A DNA stretch of 64,000 nt from an uncultured candidate division Zixibacteria bacterium. Its GTDB lineage: Bacteria > Zixibacteria > MSB-5A5 > GN15 > FEB-12. Every line of letters starts with the position of its first letter. Position 1 is the stretch's first letter. The stretch lies in assembly GCA_963806185.1 (NCBI GenBank), contig CAWDXE010000001.1:672001-736000 (forward strand). Direction: 5' to 3'. Under the pieces are notes generated by a model, which was not told the DNA's origin, made no database searches, and saw only the letters and a program-made list of their open reading frames with translations. The position numbers were made by a program, and so were the translations under genes. Shown here piece by piece: positions 48,301 to 57,157 of the stretch.

Positions 48301-50261
48301 ACGGTAATGTCACCGGTGGTATCAGCCAGACCGCTGGCGTGCACGGCAACAACCTTGATCAGCCCGAGTCTGCGTAATGAGAGAACCGTGGACGGTCCGG
48401 TGTTTGGCGTGAGTTCACCGATTGATGGAGTACCGAGCAGGCTCCAATCGACCGACACATCGCTGATTAGATTATTGAGAGCGGTATAGCCACGGGCAAA
48501 AAGTTGGGTTGTGTCATTGTCAGTGGTGACCCCAAGAGTGTCTACCACCGTGCCGTCGAAGAGTTCGATTCGCACATGATCGAGACCACCACCGAGGGTG
48601 ACGCTTACTTCTCCCGAATCTCTGATACCGCTGTATGAAGCCTTCACCCAGTAAGAACCGATCAGCCCCGCAGTGTACAGACCGCTCGCGCTGATGTTCC
48701 CAACGATATCAGTCGTGTACCAGCTCACTGAATCGGTGTAATCCGCGATGAAGTTCGCCAAAGCGTCGTACCCCAGGGCGGAGTACTGATGAGACTCCAG
48801 CGTCGGGACAACATTCGTCGACGGTAGCACATCGATATTCGCCAGCGGCCCCGGGGTCACCCGGATCGTGTCGCTTTCCGCGCTCAGTCCCAGAGTATCC
48901 TGAACGGTGATCAATCCTGATCCCGAATGCGCTGCAACGAACAGTCCAGTCGAATCAATCTCGCCTATGTTGCCGCTGACATTCCAACTGAGCGTCCCGA
49001 CATCCGTAATAGTATCACCGTGCTGATCCAGGCCGATCACCGAGAACAACTGAGAATCGCCGGCCTGAATTGTCAGACTGTCCGGAATGATCTCCAACGC
49101 CACCGGAGCACCCGCTTTGACGTACATGGGCCCGGATTGCGCAGTGACGCCGTCGATATTGGAAGTGACAGAGATAAACCCCGTACCGGCACGGTCAGGA
49201 ACAAAGAGACCGGTCGAATCAACGGAACCAGTAGCAAACGTGTGCGACCAGGTCAGAATACCTTCGGGTGCAGGATTGTCTGCACTGTCGTGAGCTATGG
49301 CTATGAATTGGTACGTGGAGTCGCTCGACAGCGTATCCAGCAGGGGCAGAATTGCCAGATGGTCCAGCCCGCCCGTCTCTAAAGCGCCGAGATCCGGGGC
49401 GAGTCCGGTGTACGCACATCCGATATCAATGCCGGCGTCGATAGCCGGCGATCCGAAATCGAGGTGAAAGTCACCCGCCGCCGTATCGACGAACAATGGA
49501 TCCAGCGACAATCCGCCCGCAGAGTCCGCCACGCCCCCAAAGAAGTCTCCGGCGTTGTTGTCCCAAAGCAGATTGAAGGCGCAGATATTGCCGGTTACAC
49601 CCGAAATCCCTTGAACGCACGATGCAATGATGTTGTCAACGATGCGGGCTGTGTTTTCGTTCACCTGGATATCGATACCGGTGTTGGCGACGTAGATCGT
49701 ATTGCCGAGAATCGATGTGCTTTTCGCGTCATGCAGATTGTACACACCAGCTCTCCCTGAGCGAAGCAACAATGAGCGAACAACACGGTTACCCGAACCT
49801 TCGATCTGGATAGCATTCTCTTTAGCATCGTGAACATAACAGTATGCGATGACACACGAGTCTCCCTCGACTCGTATGCCGTGCTTCCTTGTTGACAACA
49901 GTTCCAGTCCTTCGACACGGATGAACGACTCTGAGAGTGAAATGATCGTGATATCATGATCCTGCGCATCAATGGTCGGTAGGCCACCGTATCCTCGATA
50001 GACAATTGGAGCCACCGCTGTTCCGTGGGTTTTCAAATCAATTGTACTGCCGACGGTATACACTCCGGAGAGAATATTGATAGTGTCACCAGGATGGAGG
50101 AGATGATCTTCTTCGCCATTGTCAATCGTTGCCCAGGCTTCTGTTTCACTCAATCCCGATTTCGAATCGTCTCCCGTGGGTGCGACAAAATACGACGTCG
50201 CGCCTGCGGACATCGCCAGAGACGAGATGAGCACCACCCTTTTGAGCAGCCGATATATCAT
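42300..50261 (-). CDS. Giant (2653 aa) secreted surface protein: beta-helix, Ig-like repeats, alternating beta-sandwich repeats, FlgD-Ig/T9SS-like C-terminal domain
   Basis: Signal peptide; YFVAPTGDD; parallel beta-helix ending DPLFVD..GDFHL..GSPAIDAG; multiple W...G.ID..GLF.A Ig repeats; tail NYPNPFNP...WNG...GVYFCRI...KVAVVR. Confidence 0.88.
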   Translation of the reverse strand: MIYRLLKRVVLISSLAMSAGATSYFVAPTGDDSKSGLSETEAWATIDNGEEDHLLHPGDTINILSGVYTVGSTIDLKTHGTAVAPIVYRGYGGLPTIDAQDHDITIISLSESFIRVEGLELLSTRKHGIRVEGDSCVIAYCYVHDAKENAIQIEGSGNRVVRSLLLRSGRAGVYNLHDAKSTSILGNTIYVANTGIDIQVNENTARIVDNIIASCVQGISGVTGNICAFNLLWDNNAGDFFGGVADSAGGLSLDPLFVDTAAGDFHLDFGSPAIDAGIDIGCAYTGLAPDLGALETGGLDHLAILPLLDTLSSDSTYQFIAIAHDSADNPAPEGILTWSHTFATGSVDSTGLFVPDRAGTGFISVTSNIDGVTAQSGPMYVKAGAPVALEIIPDSLTIQAGDSQLFSVIGLDQHGDTITDVGTLSWNVSGNIGEIDSTGLFVAAHSGSGLITVQDTLGLSAESDTIRVTPGPLANIDVLPSTNVVPTLESHQYSALGYDALANFIADYTDSVSWYTTDIVGNISASGLYTAGLIGSYWVKASYSGIRDSGEVSVTLGGGLDHVRIELFDGTVVDTLGVTTDNDTTQLFARGYTALNNLISDVSVDWSLLGTPSIGELTPNTGPSTVLSLRRLGLIKVVAVHASGLADTTGDITVSSGEPVSLEIIPDTGTLQAGDSLRFEMVSRDADHNITVPQPVTAWDMLGGLGTIAADGLFTAQTTGTGHVVVEAGGLVDTSGTITVIPGPLVSIRVEPDSVRAGIGDTIKFTAIGLDSLGNATDPGVVSWRSLGRVGRIDASGTYIATAPGLGAVSVSNQIAGIVDTTADLRVEELYFSTIPLGNGTIHPDGAEAPVAEFRIDNYFSASKTVTAMAVRDLSTGTGTAEQLAANMVAARLYVDRDDDSLLSVADSLLAETAYGSGEMAFAVQPIEIPADSGLTFIITAVSAMMARDGDTVDVALIPGADIETADLTIVAGPPLSNSLGLTEVNGLVASQVTAVSTGFSTLTVADSLQLCLTLDLPRNGYDADTLRAITLVNAGTSSETDFDSLVIFADDGDGLWGGSSAESSLGSMVFNGESWSRGGLALTLDDPASRLFVAARLNRYPNDGATVALAVPIDGIRVSSGNDGPIDQEVPSPDTLTIEGPQAIIASRVAVSAHPCIPGQSTGPLFAIQMTNGYTQSVAIDSCRFAFLGTDPQGASAAQLASQVDSVYLYLDRDGVPGSISAADSLVTLGRVQSGYADFHVGGLAVAGSGGSCTVVVAAKLSLLKCKNGNSIGFSLADSSAIVFDQAVRLTGSFPLTNPSTFSIDAFPAAAVVVHSLPSGNLYAGQVDQPVLDFEIPRNGYAADRLTSIKVVNSGTLSEHDVLENVRLWKDRTGNGFSTDDAAVGQFGLIGEEWRLSGISTALDSPLNRFVVTTSVSAEQFEGGTLRLDLPPLGVTTTAGTTGPDDVAVANTSSFLIFPSNRVTAISIPTPSAPVYPGSADLGLLTFALYNGYVSQPKTLTQLTLTNSTRSAGSTDFADHELGQVSLFWDTNRNRILDNDQLIGTGLFSNGTLRFEGFTATLPPESLAYFFVISDLPLDPIDGDTLSTTIAKATNFSFSEIVNLNGDLPLSSRGELVVDGSIRRQYAIYGPTGRSLAPGDTNVVLLSFSPAFNGDRPDWLHNIYVSNLGTANNTTIAELSLWHDVNTNHQLDAGDSMLGSFAYGAGTWSLSDLGLFVSSTPPQLFIAGDIAISAEPNATIRLEIPQAGCDFESDNDGPIDSSILAPGTFTVSTSGLKVSLGPMRETYSVGQSIEVPLTVTNLTGSPIDSVFASLVEIENPSLVRLDSSSNGPVNLASGESITRHFYFTATGEGRESWSFQAVSRAPVDSSILIQTLPSCIQRAISPVTPRLLNTSPTAVTKGQSYIFPMTLECAHPDTSTAVAAMEIQYLRFRVADGQGAAVPANSVFSRMMIAAGYEILSVLTTVPTESAVQLAFSHPVSIGPSGVQTLLLIVDIVPSTVAPDFSISVDSASWIPLLDANTGQTVPNAQSVTYPMRTASTRIDEPSQQIAVSAASCTLPTINNGQQDANILKLLVRHGGESGSSAVQLTEVSLEVTDSIGNGLPAGDLFSKLTVWRHNYLIGEVTLAFQDSSNIDIPLSTPVNLSAQEIDSIVVAVSVRPSVPAAGFQLRIADSSLFTVRDLNTGSALLAVSDTTLASGNVFPIVSNWSAFRLPAEPVSICLDDIAPSSIAGGAGAVPLVSLGVTYPTLPQHSAVRLSRLNLKIEDGSGGGIDPDQLFDKMGVSVNGGAIRDCEIVPAPGGAMDLTLADSGLVLSAGDSLQIDLVGDFRLEAPYGSFALHIVGLTDFSINDMSDPSRTVGANAAAGCVATFPFTTGTTSILLPAGRPIAVRTVRPVQMAPAGTHKVTIFEGTLAYQSSSPLGQIEIRGMTAALSRRVSTGSAAGPISASVAAFHMEIGGAEIGTDTMMTGDTLAIIASTPVTMSRGESVPIRVTCDLSGDAEPGNIVLTFLDSSFITVVDKSLQTPVYPVLSGTTYPVAAGEISIVAAELETSFTNYPNPFNPGRGEVTTIGFVLTENAMVDIDIFSITGDAVSRISNQSFRPAGAYQSDTWNGMNGDGRTVVPGVYFCRIIATYDSGRTETFRRKVAVVR

Positions 50262-50296
50262 GTTTAGTTATCTGCCCCTACCCCCGATTAACTTAT

Positions 50297-50324
50297 TTAT
50301 CGGCACCCACTTAAAGATGTTGAG
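50297..50324 (-). promoter_or_regulatory. Sigma28 (FliA/SigD)-type promoter upstream of the giant-protein operon
   Basis: Minus strand CTCAA-N15-GCCGATAA (consensus TAAA-N15-GCCGATAA), 35 nt before the ATG at 50261. Confidence 0.7.
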
Positions 50325-51006
50325 CGCGCAATCCAGACGGCCAGGATTGCGTCATAAAACCGGAGGTCTTTAGGTCTCATTTACGCGTCTCATTCCTGAA
50401 GAATGCCCCGGGCTGCAGCATCGGCTGATAACCCCTTGGCGTCCTGCCAAGTACCAGCGGTCACCCCCTCCCCTTCGCTTAAGGTAATCGTCGAACCCTG
50501 CCGGATGCCGATTGTAGCGATCTATGGGTGAGAAAGTCGTTGGATAGGTTGAATCGGAATATATGCTGAAGTATAGCAGTACTTGATCGGCCGATGCCCA
50601 TTGGCACGACTCAGTAGAGGCCGACGTTCATAAGTAAATCTTCCAACGGAGAACACCAGAATGAAACGGTCGCTCGTTCTCATTTGTGTCCTGATCAGTA
50701 GCCCTTTCACCGTGGATCACTTTGCACAACGTCCGCATAAGACACATATCATTGTCCGGCTGTTGCGACAACGCGGCCTGCACCCACGATTCGCAATTAA
50801 GACTACTCTTCTGCCGATTCTGTCGCCCCACCTTCTGGTTACCGACACCATCCACCTTCTGTCTTGACTCATCCGACACCCGAGATATATTGTAGATACG
50901 ATCATCTCCCATCGTAACTGTAGGCACTCTGTCATTTGAAAAATATCAACCGACACCCGGCGATGGCTATTTGCCGGGGCATTTCTTCTTTCGAAGGAGA
51001 ACCAAT

Positions 51007-52479
51007 ATGCGAGCACCACTCTTCACACTGATCATCGTGCTTGGTGCGATAAGTTCAATGGCGGCCGCCGCTCCGGACACGCTCTGGACGCGCACCATCG
51101 GCGGCTCGAGCTATGAATGGGCCTGGGACGTTAAGGAGACTTCCGACCATCGCTACGTGATGGTTGGTTGGACCAAGTCGACCGCTCATGGTGACAGCGA
51201 CATTCGTATTGTCAAACTGAATCAGGACGGCAGCACTTACTGGGACAGAACTTACGGCGTTACTGATTGTGACGATGTGATGTCCGGCATTGTTGAGTCG
51301 GCGGATAGTTGCCTTTATCTGGGTGGTTATGGCACCGGACAGTTCGGCGTCGAGAGCGCCAACTTCTACATGATGAAGCTCGACCCGTTCGGGTTTAAGC
51401 TCGACGAGTACAACTACGACTGCGATTCCGCGACCGATTACGGTAACGATCTGTGTCGAATGCTTGACGGTGGCTTCCTGATGGTAGGTCATTCCTATTA
51501 CTGGTCGGATTCGCAAAGTAAATACGATTGGGCTCCGAGCATAATCCGGATCGACGCGGTCGGCAACAAGCTGCATCACGTGCTTAGCGACATTCCCGGA
51601 ATCCAGGAGCTGAATCGTGTCATCCCGACAACCGATAGCGGCGCTATCGCGATCGGCAGAGCCGGCGCCGTGTATGTGGTGAAGATCAATTCATCCGGTA
51701 ATCCCAGCTGGACCAAGGGGTACGGCGGCGTCGGCGTCGGAGCTGACATTGTACAGCTCGACGATGGTGGCTATATGGCTTTTGGCGATCGCGATTTTGG
51801 TTATCCCTACGAAGAAGACTTCTGGCTGCTGCGGCTCAACGCCAACGGCGACTCGTTGTGGACCAAACGATACCAGCACGGCGAGAGAGACCTTGCCTAT
51901 GGGCTCGATCAGACGGCCGATGGCGGCTTCGTAATGGTCGGCGATCAGTACCGCAACGAGGGCATGGACCCGACCGATATGTACATCATTCGAACGAATG
52001 CCAATGGTGACACCATCTGGACCAAAACGGTTGGCGGAGATCAATACGAATACGCCTATTCCGTGGAGCAGACATCCGACGGCGGCTACATTGTCGTCGG
52101 GCGCACAAGCTCCTACGGCTCGGGGATGGATGACTTCTATATCGTCAAGCTGGCTCCCGATGTCCCAACCGATGCACCGGAAATCAACGACGCACACCCG
52201 ATGACCTACAGCCTTAGTACGAACTACCCCAACCCCTTCAATCCGAGCACGACGATCGAGTACACGCTCCAAGGTCGGGGGCTGGTAGTAATTGAGATCC
52301 TCAATCCGTTGGGTCAGATGGTGCGAAACCTCGTTAACGAGGAACAGTCGGCCGGCTCACATCGCGTCATCTGGGATGGACTCGACCACAACAACCGACC
52401 GGTCCCGACGGGAATCTACTTGTATAGGATGTCCACCGACGGTGTTTCGCAGTCCAAGAAGATGCTCCTGCTGAAATAG
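51007..52479 (+). CDS. Secreted beta-propeller repeat protein with a FlgD-Ig/T9SS type A-like C-terminal domain
   Basis: Signal peptide; repeated W.KT(Y/V)GG...QT.DGG(Y/F)..VG...D.Y..K units; NYPNPFNP...KMLLLK. ATG at 51007 follows AAGGAG. Confidence 0.85.
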   Translation: MRAPLFTLIIVLGAISSMAAAAPDTLWTRTIGGSSYEWAWDVKETSDHRYVMVGWTKSTAHGDSDIRIVKLNQDGSTYWDRTYGVTDCDDVMSGIVESADSCLYLGGYGTGQFGVESANFYMMKLDPFGFKLDEYNYDCDSATDYGNDLCRMLDGGFLMVGHSYYWSDSQSKYDWAPSIIRIDAVGNKLHHVLSDIPGIQELNRVIPTTDSGAIAIGRAGAVYVVKINSSGNPSWTKGYGGVGVGADIVQLDDGGYMAFGDRDFGYPYEEDFWLLRLNANGDSLWTKRYQHGERDLAYGLDQTADGGFVMVGDQYRNEGMDPTDMYIIRTNANGDTIWTKTVGGDQYEYAYSVEQTSDGGYIVVGRTSSYGSGMDDFYIVKLAPDVPTDAPEINDAHPMTYSLSTNYPNPFNPSTTIEYTLQGRGLVVIEILNPLGQMVRNLVNEEQSAGSHRVIWDGLDHNNRPVPTGIYLYRMSTDGVSQSKKMLLLK

Positions 52480-52962
52480 TGCCGCCATTATGCGGTTTCG
52501 TGGCGAGGCAGTTCGCAGAGACTTGCCTTGATTTTTCCCTGAGCTCGGGCTGTCGTCTCGGTACGGCCCGATGCCGGTCAAGGGAGTAACTGTCCCGGTA
52601 GTGACGGCTCTATGCGGCTTTCTGTCCACGCATCAATCATCCTCTCCCCCTGGCGGGCCGCGGCATGCCTATCTCCCATAACAAACTAATGTCATCCCGT
52701 ATCGAATGATAGACCGCAGGTCATTCACCCTCGGAATCACGATCGCTTAATTCGTACTAAACAGTATCAAATTGTCGGCGACGATCCTTGCCTGGCTGCA
52801 ATTCAATCCAGCGCATGCTATTGAATTCCCGGAAGGACAAGATACCGGTCGAACCGGCAGAAACTTGTTTGCACGGTTGGCTGAACCACATTACCTTGGG
52901 TGGAAAATGGAGGCAAAGCACCCCGCTTGGCCTATGCCGGCGGCCCGCAGGAGACCACACCT

Positions 52963-54918
52963 ATGTCGACACATGAACAGCCACCGCGTCCAGCGAAAAG
53001 CGTCGATGCGGCAGTCCCGCACGATCCCTACGAAGATTACGAACTTCCCGTCGGGGGATTCACAGGAACACCTGACGAGATTGAGCGTCAGTGGTACGAA
53101 AAGTGCTATCTCACCCGCGGTGATACTATCAAGCAGCTCACCTGGCGGTCTATCATTATGGGATCGGTGCTGGGTGCCGTTCTCTCGCTGACCAATATCT
53201 ACATCGGACTCAAGGCCGGCTGGGGCTTTGGCGTCGCCATTACCGCCTGCATTTTGTCGTACGCGATCTGGACGGCTCTTTACAAGATACGAGTCGCGAA
53301 GACGCCGATGACTATCCTGGAGAACAACTGCATGCAATCCTGCGCCAGCGCGGCGGGTTACTCCACGGGTGGGACTCTGGTATCGGCGTTCGCCGCCTAT
53401 ATTATGCTCAACAACGCCACCCTCCCGTACTGGATCATGATCGGCTGGGTGTTCTTCATCGCCATCCTCGGCGTGACAATGGCCGTGCCCATGAAGCGAC
53501 AGATGATTAATCTGGAGCAGCTTAGATTCCCGAGCGGGATTGCCGCCGCTGAGACACTTCGGGCCCTGCACGCCAAAGGGCAGAAAGGGATGCGTGCCGC
53601 GCGCGCGCTGGGGATATGGGGACTGCTGGCAATGATCAGCGAAGTCCTGACTAACCAACTTCATTTGATTAGCGAAAAGTTGACCGCTTTCGAGCTCTCA
53701 GGATATGTGAGCCGGTTCAGTACGGCCACGCTCGGTGAGGCCTGGATCGGCCGAACGGTTACCTGGTTGTGGGATCCGATCTTCATAGCCGCCGGCATGT
53801 TTGTCGGCATGCGGGTGGCCATCAGCATGTTTGTGGGCTCTATTCTCTGCTGGATGATATTTGTTCCGTGGGTACAGGCGACCGTACCGGAGGCGGCCGG
53901 GCTCGTCGGCTTCAGAAATCTCGTCCAGTGGTCGCTGTGGGGCGGGACGGCGTGCATGGTCACCTCGGGAATCCTGTCGGTGCTTTTCCAGTGGCGGAGC
54001 GCCATGCGCGCGTTTAAGGGCCTTGGCGACATGATTTTCAATCGCAAGAGTGGAAAGGGCGACGAAATCGACGCGATCGAGACGCCGAGTTCGTGGTTCT
54101 TGATTGGGCAAGTCGTGGCGCTGGCGGGCCTCGCGATCCTGGCGCAAAAGACGTTCGACATGCCGTACTGGCAGAGTGTCATCGCGGTGTTACTCAGCTT
54201 TGCGTTGGCGCTGGTCGCTTGCCGAGTTACGGGCGAGACTGATACGACACCAGTTGGAGCCATGGGCAAAATCACACAACTTACTTTCGGTGCCCTCTCT
54301 CCTGGCAATATGAACGTGAACCTGATGGCCGCCAACATCACCGCCGGAGCGGCAACTTCCTCAGCCGATTTGCTTACCGATCTCAAGAGCGGATATCTTC
54401 TGGGCGCCAATCCGCGCAAACAGTTTATCGCGCAATTTTCGGGTATCTTCATCGGTACGATTGTCACCGTGACCGCTTTCCGCGTGCTGGTTCCCGATGC
54501 CAGTGTGCTAGGCACCGACCAGTTCCCGGCACCGGCCGCGCAAACCTGGAAGGGTGTCGCTGAGGCGCTCTCCGCCGGGTTGAGCCACATGCACCCGGTG
54601 AAAGTATGGGGTATCGTGATTGGCGGACTCGTCGGCCTTATCCTTCCGATTCTCTCTAAACTCTTCCCGAAACAGCAGAAGTGGATTCCCTCGGCCTCCG
54701 GCCTCGGGCTGGCCTGGGTCTTCCAGTGGTTCTACGGCCTGTTGTTCTTTATTGGCGCCGTGATTGGCTGGCTCTGGCAGAAGAAGAATCCGGCGCAATG
54801 TGAGGAATATTTGTTCCCCGTCGCATCCGGTGTTGTCGCCGGTGGCGCTATCATGGGAGTCATCGCCGTCTTCTGGGAAAGCGGCGCGGAGATCGTGAGG
54901 CAATTCTTCGCCCACTAG
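52963..54918 (+). CDS. OPT family oligopeptide transporter
   Basis: QLTWRS, YIGLKAG, ENNCMQ, LRFPSGIAAAE, GETDTTP, DLKSGYLLGANPRKQ, APAA. Start at 52963 or 52900. Confidence 0.93.
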   Translation: MSTHEQPPRPAKSVDAAVPHDPYEDYELPVGGFTGTPDEIERQWYEKCYLTRGDTIKQLTWRSIIMGSVLGAVLSLTNIYIGLKAGWGFGVAITACILSYAIWTALYKIRVAKTPMTILENNCMQSCASAAGYSTGGTLVSAFAAYIMLNNATLPYWIMIGWVFFIAILGVTMAVPMKRQMINLEQLRFPSGIAAAETLRALHAKGQKGMRAARALGIWGLLAMISEVLTNQLHLISEKLTAFELSGYVSRFSTATLGEAWIGRTVTWLWDPIFIAAGMFVGMRVAISMFVGSILCWMIFVPWVQATVPEAAGLVGFRNLVQWSLWGGTACMVTSGILSVLFQWRSAMRAFKGLGDMIFNRKSGKGDEIDAIETPSSWFLIGQVVALAGLAILAQKTFDMPYWQSVIAVLLSFALALVACRVTGETDTTPVGAMGKITQLTFGALSPGNMNVNLMAANITAGAATSSADLLTDLKSGYLLGANPRKQFIAQFSGIFIGTIVTVTAFRVLVPDASVLGTDQFPAPAAQTWKGVAEALSAGLSHMHPVKVWGIVIGGLVGLILPILSKLFPKQQKWIPSASGLGLAWVFQWFYGLLFFIGAVIGWLWQKKNPAQCEEYLFPVASGVVAGGAIMGVIAVFWESGAEIVRQFFAH

Positions 54919-54964
54919 TTCGGGCAAGATATTGCAGCTTCCGGCCGTGAATCAGTGTATATGC

Positions 54965-54999
54965 GAAGGCGGGTTGTAATCAACCCGCCTTCTTGTTTT
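54965..54999 (+). terminator. Intrinsic terminator after the OPT gene
   Basis: Perfect 12-bp stem GAAGGCGGGTTG-TAAT-CAACCCGCCTTC followed by TTGTTTT. Confidence 0.82.
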
Positions 55000-55246
55000 A
55001 TCATACCTGCCATCGCGACAACATCACTTGAGCGGGAGCCTCTTGCGGCTTTCGCGAAAAGCCCCTGCGCAAAACTGATAGAGGTAGATGCAGGCATACA
55101 GCAGAAGTTCAACGCAGTCCAAAGACAATTATCGACGTTGTCGTGGAAAGCTGGTAATACGTAAGGCAGAGTTCGGCAACAGCCGTCCGCCTGCGGGACT
55201 GGCTTGAAATAATCCGAGCTAATGAGTGCCTGGGGGAAGACTGTGT

Positions 55247-57157
55247 CTAGAGAGCCGTAGGCGCGGGGGCTGCCATCCCCTGCATTAATCCGGCCTGTAC
55301 CTTTGCGGCACGCTTACGCTGCTCGGAGTCGAGGATCGCCTTGCGCATCCGAATCGCCTTCGGGGTCACTTCGACCAGCTCGTCGGGGCCGATCCACTCA
55401 ATCGCCTGCTCCAGGGTCATTTTGCGCGGAACGGCCAGGGTGACGGCAATATCCTTGGTGGACGAACGATGGTTGGTGAGCTGCTTGCGCCGGGTCGGGT
55501 TGCACGGCAGGTCGTCCGGCCGGGAATTCTCTCCGACAATCTGTCCCGTGTACACGCGCGTGGTCGGCTCCACGAAGATCACCGACCGCTCCTGAAGTCC
55601 CTCAATTGCATATGCCGTGGCCGGACCGGTTTCCATGCTGACTACTGATCCCCGGTTCCGAGCGTTCACTTCGCCGCGCCACTGCCCATACCCGACAAAG
55701 CGCGCAGCCATAATTCCCATTCCGCGCGTATCGGTAAGAAATTCTGATCGATAGCCGATCAGCCCACGGGTCGGGATATCAAATTCAAGCCGCACAACAT
55801 TCGTGCCGGCATTGTCAACCTTGCGCAATTCTCCTTTGCGGCGAGCCAGCTTCTCAATAATGATCCCCTGGTACTCTTCGGGGACGTCGATGATCACCTG
55901 CTCCATCGGCTCCAGCGTATTCCCGTTTTTGTCCTGTTGCGTAATGACTTCCGGGCGGGAGACGCAGAACTCCAGTCCTTCGCGGCGCATCTCTTCAATC
56001 AGAATCGCCAGGTGAAGCTCACCGCGCCCCGATACCTTTACGCCGTCGGCGCGCCCCAGGTCCTCCATGCGCAGCGCCACGTTGGTGCGCAGTTCCTTGA
56101 CCAGTCGTTCTTTGAGCTGCCTGAGCATGATGGCGGTGCCGTCTTCTCCGGAGAATGGTCCGTTATTGACGAGAAAGAACATGGAGACGGTCGGTTCCTC
56201 AATGGCCAGCGGCGGGAGAGCCGATGATACATCTTCGATCGCGGAGAACGTATCGCCGATACCAATCTCATCCGGACCGGCCAGCCAGACGATATCGCCG
56301 GCACCGATCTTGTCGGCTTCAGCCCGCTGCAATCCGCGCGTTACCCAGAGATGTACGCCCTTTTCCCGTGATGTGCTGATATGATCATACCCGGCCTCCT
56401 GGTTCGCCGAGTCTTTCCAGCGCATGACGAACTTGGTGAAGTCGTCCCCCTTATTCAGACTCCCGCGAAGAACTCGGCCACAGCCGATCTGCCCGATATA
56501 ATCATTCCAGGCCAGGGTGCTGACTTGCATCAGGAAAGGACCGTCGGGATCCACTTGAGGCGCAGGGACCCTTTCAACAATCGTCTCGAAAAGAGCTTCC
56601 ATCCCCTTGTGAGACTTGTGGTGCAGATCGCGGACAAACCAGCCGTCGAGCCCGGATCCATACAACACCGGGAAATGTGCCTGCTCGTCGGTCGCTCCCA
56701 GGTCGATAAACAGATCAAATGTCTTGTTAAGTGCAAAATCGGGCCGGGCATTCGGGCGATCGACCTTGTTGATGATCACGATCGGCCGCAAGCCGAGTTT
56801 GAGAGCGCGCATCAGCACGTACCGCGTCTGCGGCATCGGTCCTTCATTGGCGTCAACCAGAAGAAGTACCGAATCGACCATCGACAGCACTCGCTCCACC
56901 TCGCCCGAAAAATCAGCGTGCCCCGGCGTATCGATGATATTGATGAGATAATCGCCCCAGGTCACGGTGCAATGCTTGGCCCGAATAGTGATACCCCGCT
57001 CGCGCTCGAGATCCTGGCTATCCATCAATCGCTCGGCAACCTGTTGGTTGTCCCGAAATGTCCGGGTGGCACGAAAGATGGAGTCAATCAGGGTTGTCTT
57101 GCCGTGATCAATATGCGCCACGATGGCCAAATTACGAATGCGCTCGACAGGGATCAT
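55247..57157 (-). CDS. typA: Translational GTPase TypA/BipA
   Basis: AHIDHGKTT, ERERGITI, DTPGHADF, NKVD, GRGELHL, PTRGLIG, ELVEVTP..IRMRK. Confidence 0.97.
   Translation of the reverse strand: MIPVERIRNLAIVAHIDHGKTTLIDSIFRATRTFRDNQQVAERLMDSQDLERERGITIRAKHCTVTWGDYLINIIDTPGHADFSGEVERVLSMVDSVLLLVDANEGPMPQTRYVLMRALKLGLRPIVIINKVDRPNARPDFALNKTFDLFIDLGATDEQAHFPVLYGSGLDGWFVRDLHHKSHKGMEALFETIVERVPAPQVDPDGPFLMQVSTLAWNDYIGQIGCGRVLRGSLNKGDDFTKFVMRWKDSANQEAGYDHISTSREKGVHLWVTRGLQRAEADKIGAGDIVWLAGPDEIGIGDTFSAIEDVSSALPPLAIEEPTVSMFFLVNNGPFSGEDGTAIMLRQLKERLVKELRTNVALRMEDLGRADGVKVSGRGELHLAILIEEMRREGLEFCVSRPEVITQQDKNGNTLEPMEQVIIDVPEEYQGIIIEKLARRKGELRKVDNAGTNVVRLEFDIPTRGLIGYRSEFLTDTRGMGIMAARFVGYGQWRGEVNARNRGSVVSMETGPATAYAIEGLQERSVIFVEPTTRVYTGQIVGENSRPDDLPCNPTRRKQLTNHRSSTKDIAVTLAVPRKMTLEQAIEWIGPDELVEVTPKAIRMRKAILDSEQRKRAAKVQAGLMQGMAAPAPTAL

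Noticed and set aside
50340..51000. Short ORFs or an ncRNA in the long intergenic region (e.g. 50661-50867 with a signal-like start)
   Set aside because: Conflicting short ORFs on both strands and no recognisable family or RNA motif. A degraded gene cannot be excluded.
55000..55246. Possible riboswitch or structured RNA between the OPT and typA genes
   Set aside because: The region lies between convergent 3' ends, and its short hairpins do not match any riboswitch consensus I recognise.
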